This document shows, in pieces, positions 63,101 through 64,000 of a stretch of DNA of 64,000 nucleotides. Both the position numbers and the translations under genes were made by a program. Location: positions 1 through 64,000 of the forward strand of contig JBECUI020000026.1 of NCBI GenBank assembly GCA_040954595.2, in the 5' to 3' direction. Numbering within the stretch: the stretch's first letter is position 1; every line of letters starts with the position of its first letter. This DNA comes from Balanoglossus misakiensis (taxonomy: Eukaryota; Animalia; Hemichordata). Below the pieces are notes generated by a model. It searched no databases. It saw nothing but the letters and a program-made list of their open reading frames with translations, and was not told the DNA's origin.

Positions 63101-64000
63101 TTTTGATGATTTTCACCCATGATTTTTTCAAAATTGACGAAATTTTGAAATTTTGCAGTCGAAAATTTGTCATTTTTTGATCATTTTCCCCATGATTTTT
63201 TTTCAAAAATCGACGAAATTTTGAGATTTTGCAAAGTCGAAAATTTGTCATTTTTTGATGATTTTCACCCAATGTTTTTTTTTCAAAAATGGACGAACCC
63301 ATGATTTTTTTCAAAATCGACGAAATTTTGAGATTTTGCAAAGTCGAAAATTTGTCATTGTCATGATGATTTTCAACCATGATTTTTTTCAAAAATTGAC
63401 GAAATTTTGAGATTTTGCAGTCAAAAATTTGTCATTTTTTGATGATTTTCACCCATGATTTTTTTCAAAAATCGACGAAATTTTCAGATTTTGCAAAGTC
63501 GAAAATTTGTCATTTTTAGATGATTTTCACCCGTCTTTTTTCAAAAAATCGACGAAATTTTGAGATTTTGCAAAGAGGAAAATTTGTCATTTTTTGATAA
63601 TTTTCAACAATGATTTATTTCAAAAATCGACGAAATTTTGAGATTTTGCAGTCGAAAATTTGTCATTTTTTGATGATTTTCCCCCATGATTTTTTTCTAA
63701 AATCGACGAAATTTTGAGATTTTGCAAAGTTGAAAATTTTTCAAAAATCGACGAAATTTATAGATTTTGCAAAGACGAAAATTTGTCATTTTTGATGATT
63801 TTTACCCATGATTTTTTTTCAAAAATGGACGAAATTTTGAGATTTTGCAAAGACGAAAATTTGTCATTTTTTGATGATTTTCACCCATGATTTTTTTTCA
63901 AAAATCGACGAAATTTTGAGATTTTGCAAAGTCGTAAATGTGTCATTTTTTGATGATTTTCACCCGTTTTTTTTTTAAATTTGTCATTTTTTGATGATTT
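57140..64000. repeat. ~78-bp AT-rich satellite, open at window end, with ~2182-bp higher-order duplication
   Basis: Unit aaaaatcgacgaaattttgagattttgcaaagtcgaaaatttgtcattttttgatgattttcacccatgatttttttc. Identical translated blocks occur at 59756 and 61938. Confidence 0.97.

Noticed and set aside
57418-63392. Short K/F-rich ORFs
   Set aside because: They are translations of the 78-bp satellite.

Overview
This is an AT-rich, intron-containing eukaryotic window. The repeat families and gene content suggest a marine invertebrate, possibly a hemichordate or echinoderm-like deuterostome (inference). About half is tandem DNA: a ~170-bp satellite (430-1925), a 50-bp minisatellite (23042-23750), a 23-kb 90/74-bp array with higher-order duplications (25670-48780) and a ~78-bp AT-rich array running off the right end (57140-64000). 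Between the two large arrays lies a minus-strand spliced CUB-Sushi-EGF gene fragment resembling the Uninflatable family. It is probably decaying: it has a TGG>TGA stop, a missing half-CUB exon, and a frameshifted, TE-truncated Sushi exon. The left 25 kb is a mosaic of MITEs (P-, Kolobok-, Harbinger- and Tc1-like), Helentron/DINE-like repeats and an L2 LINE 3' end, plus a tandem segmental duplication. The most unusual signal is a set of short plus-strand exons (4248-4310, 5173-5247, 6175-6247, with the last two duplicated at 11659-11733 and 12911-12983). Two of these exons have paralogous flanks and anchors but mutually antisense cores, so splicing would assemble a long hairpin whose apex sits next to the exon junction. 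All long ORFs in the satellites are artefacts of periodicity. No CRISPR array, rRNA or intact tRNA was found.
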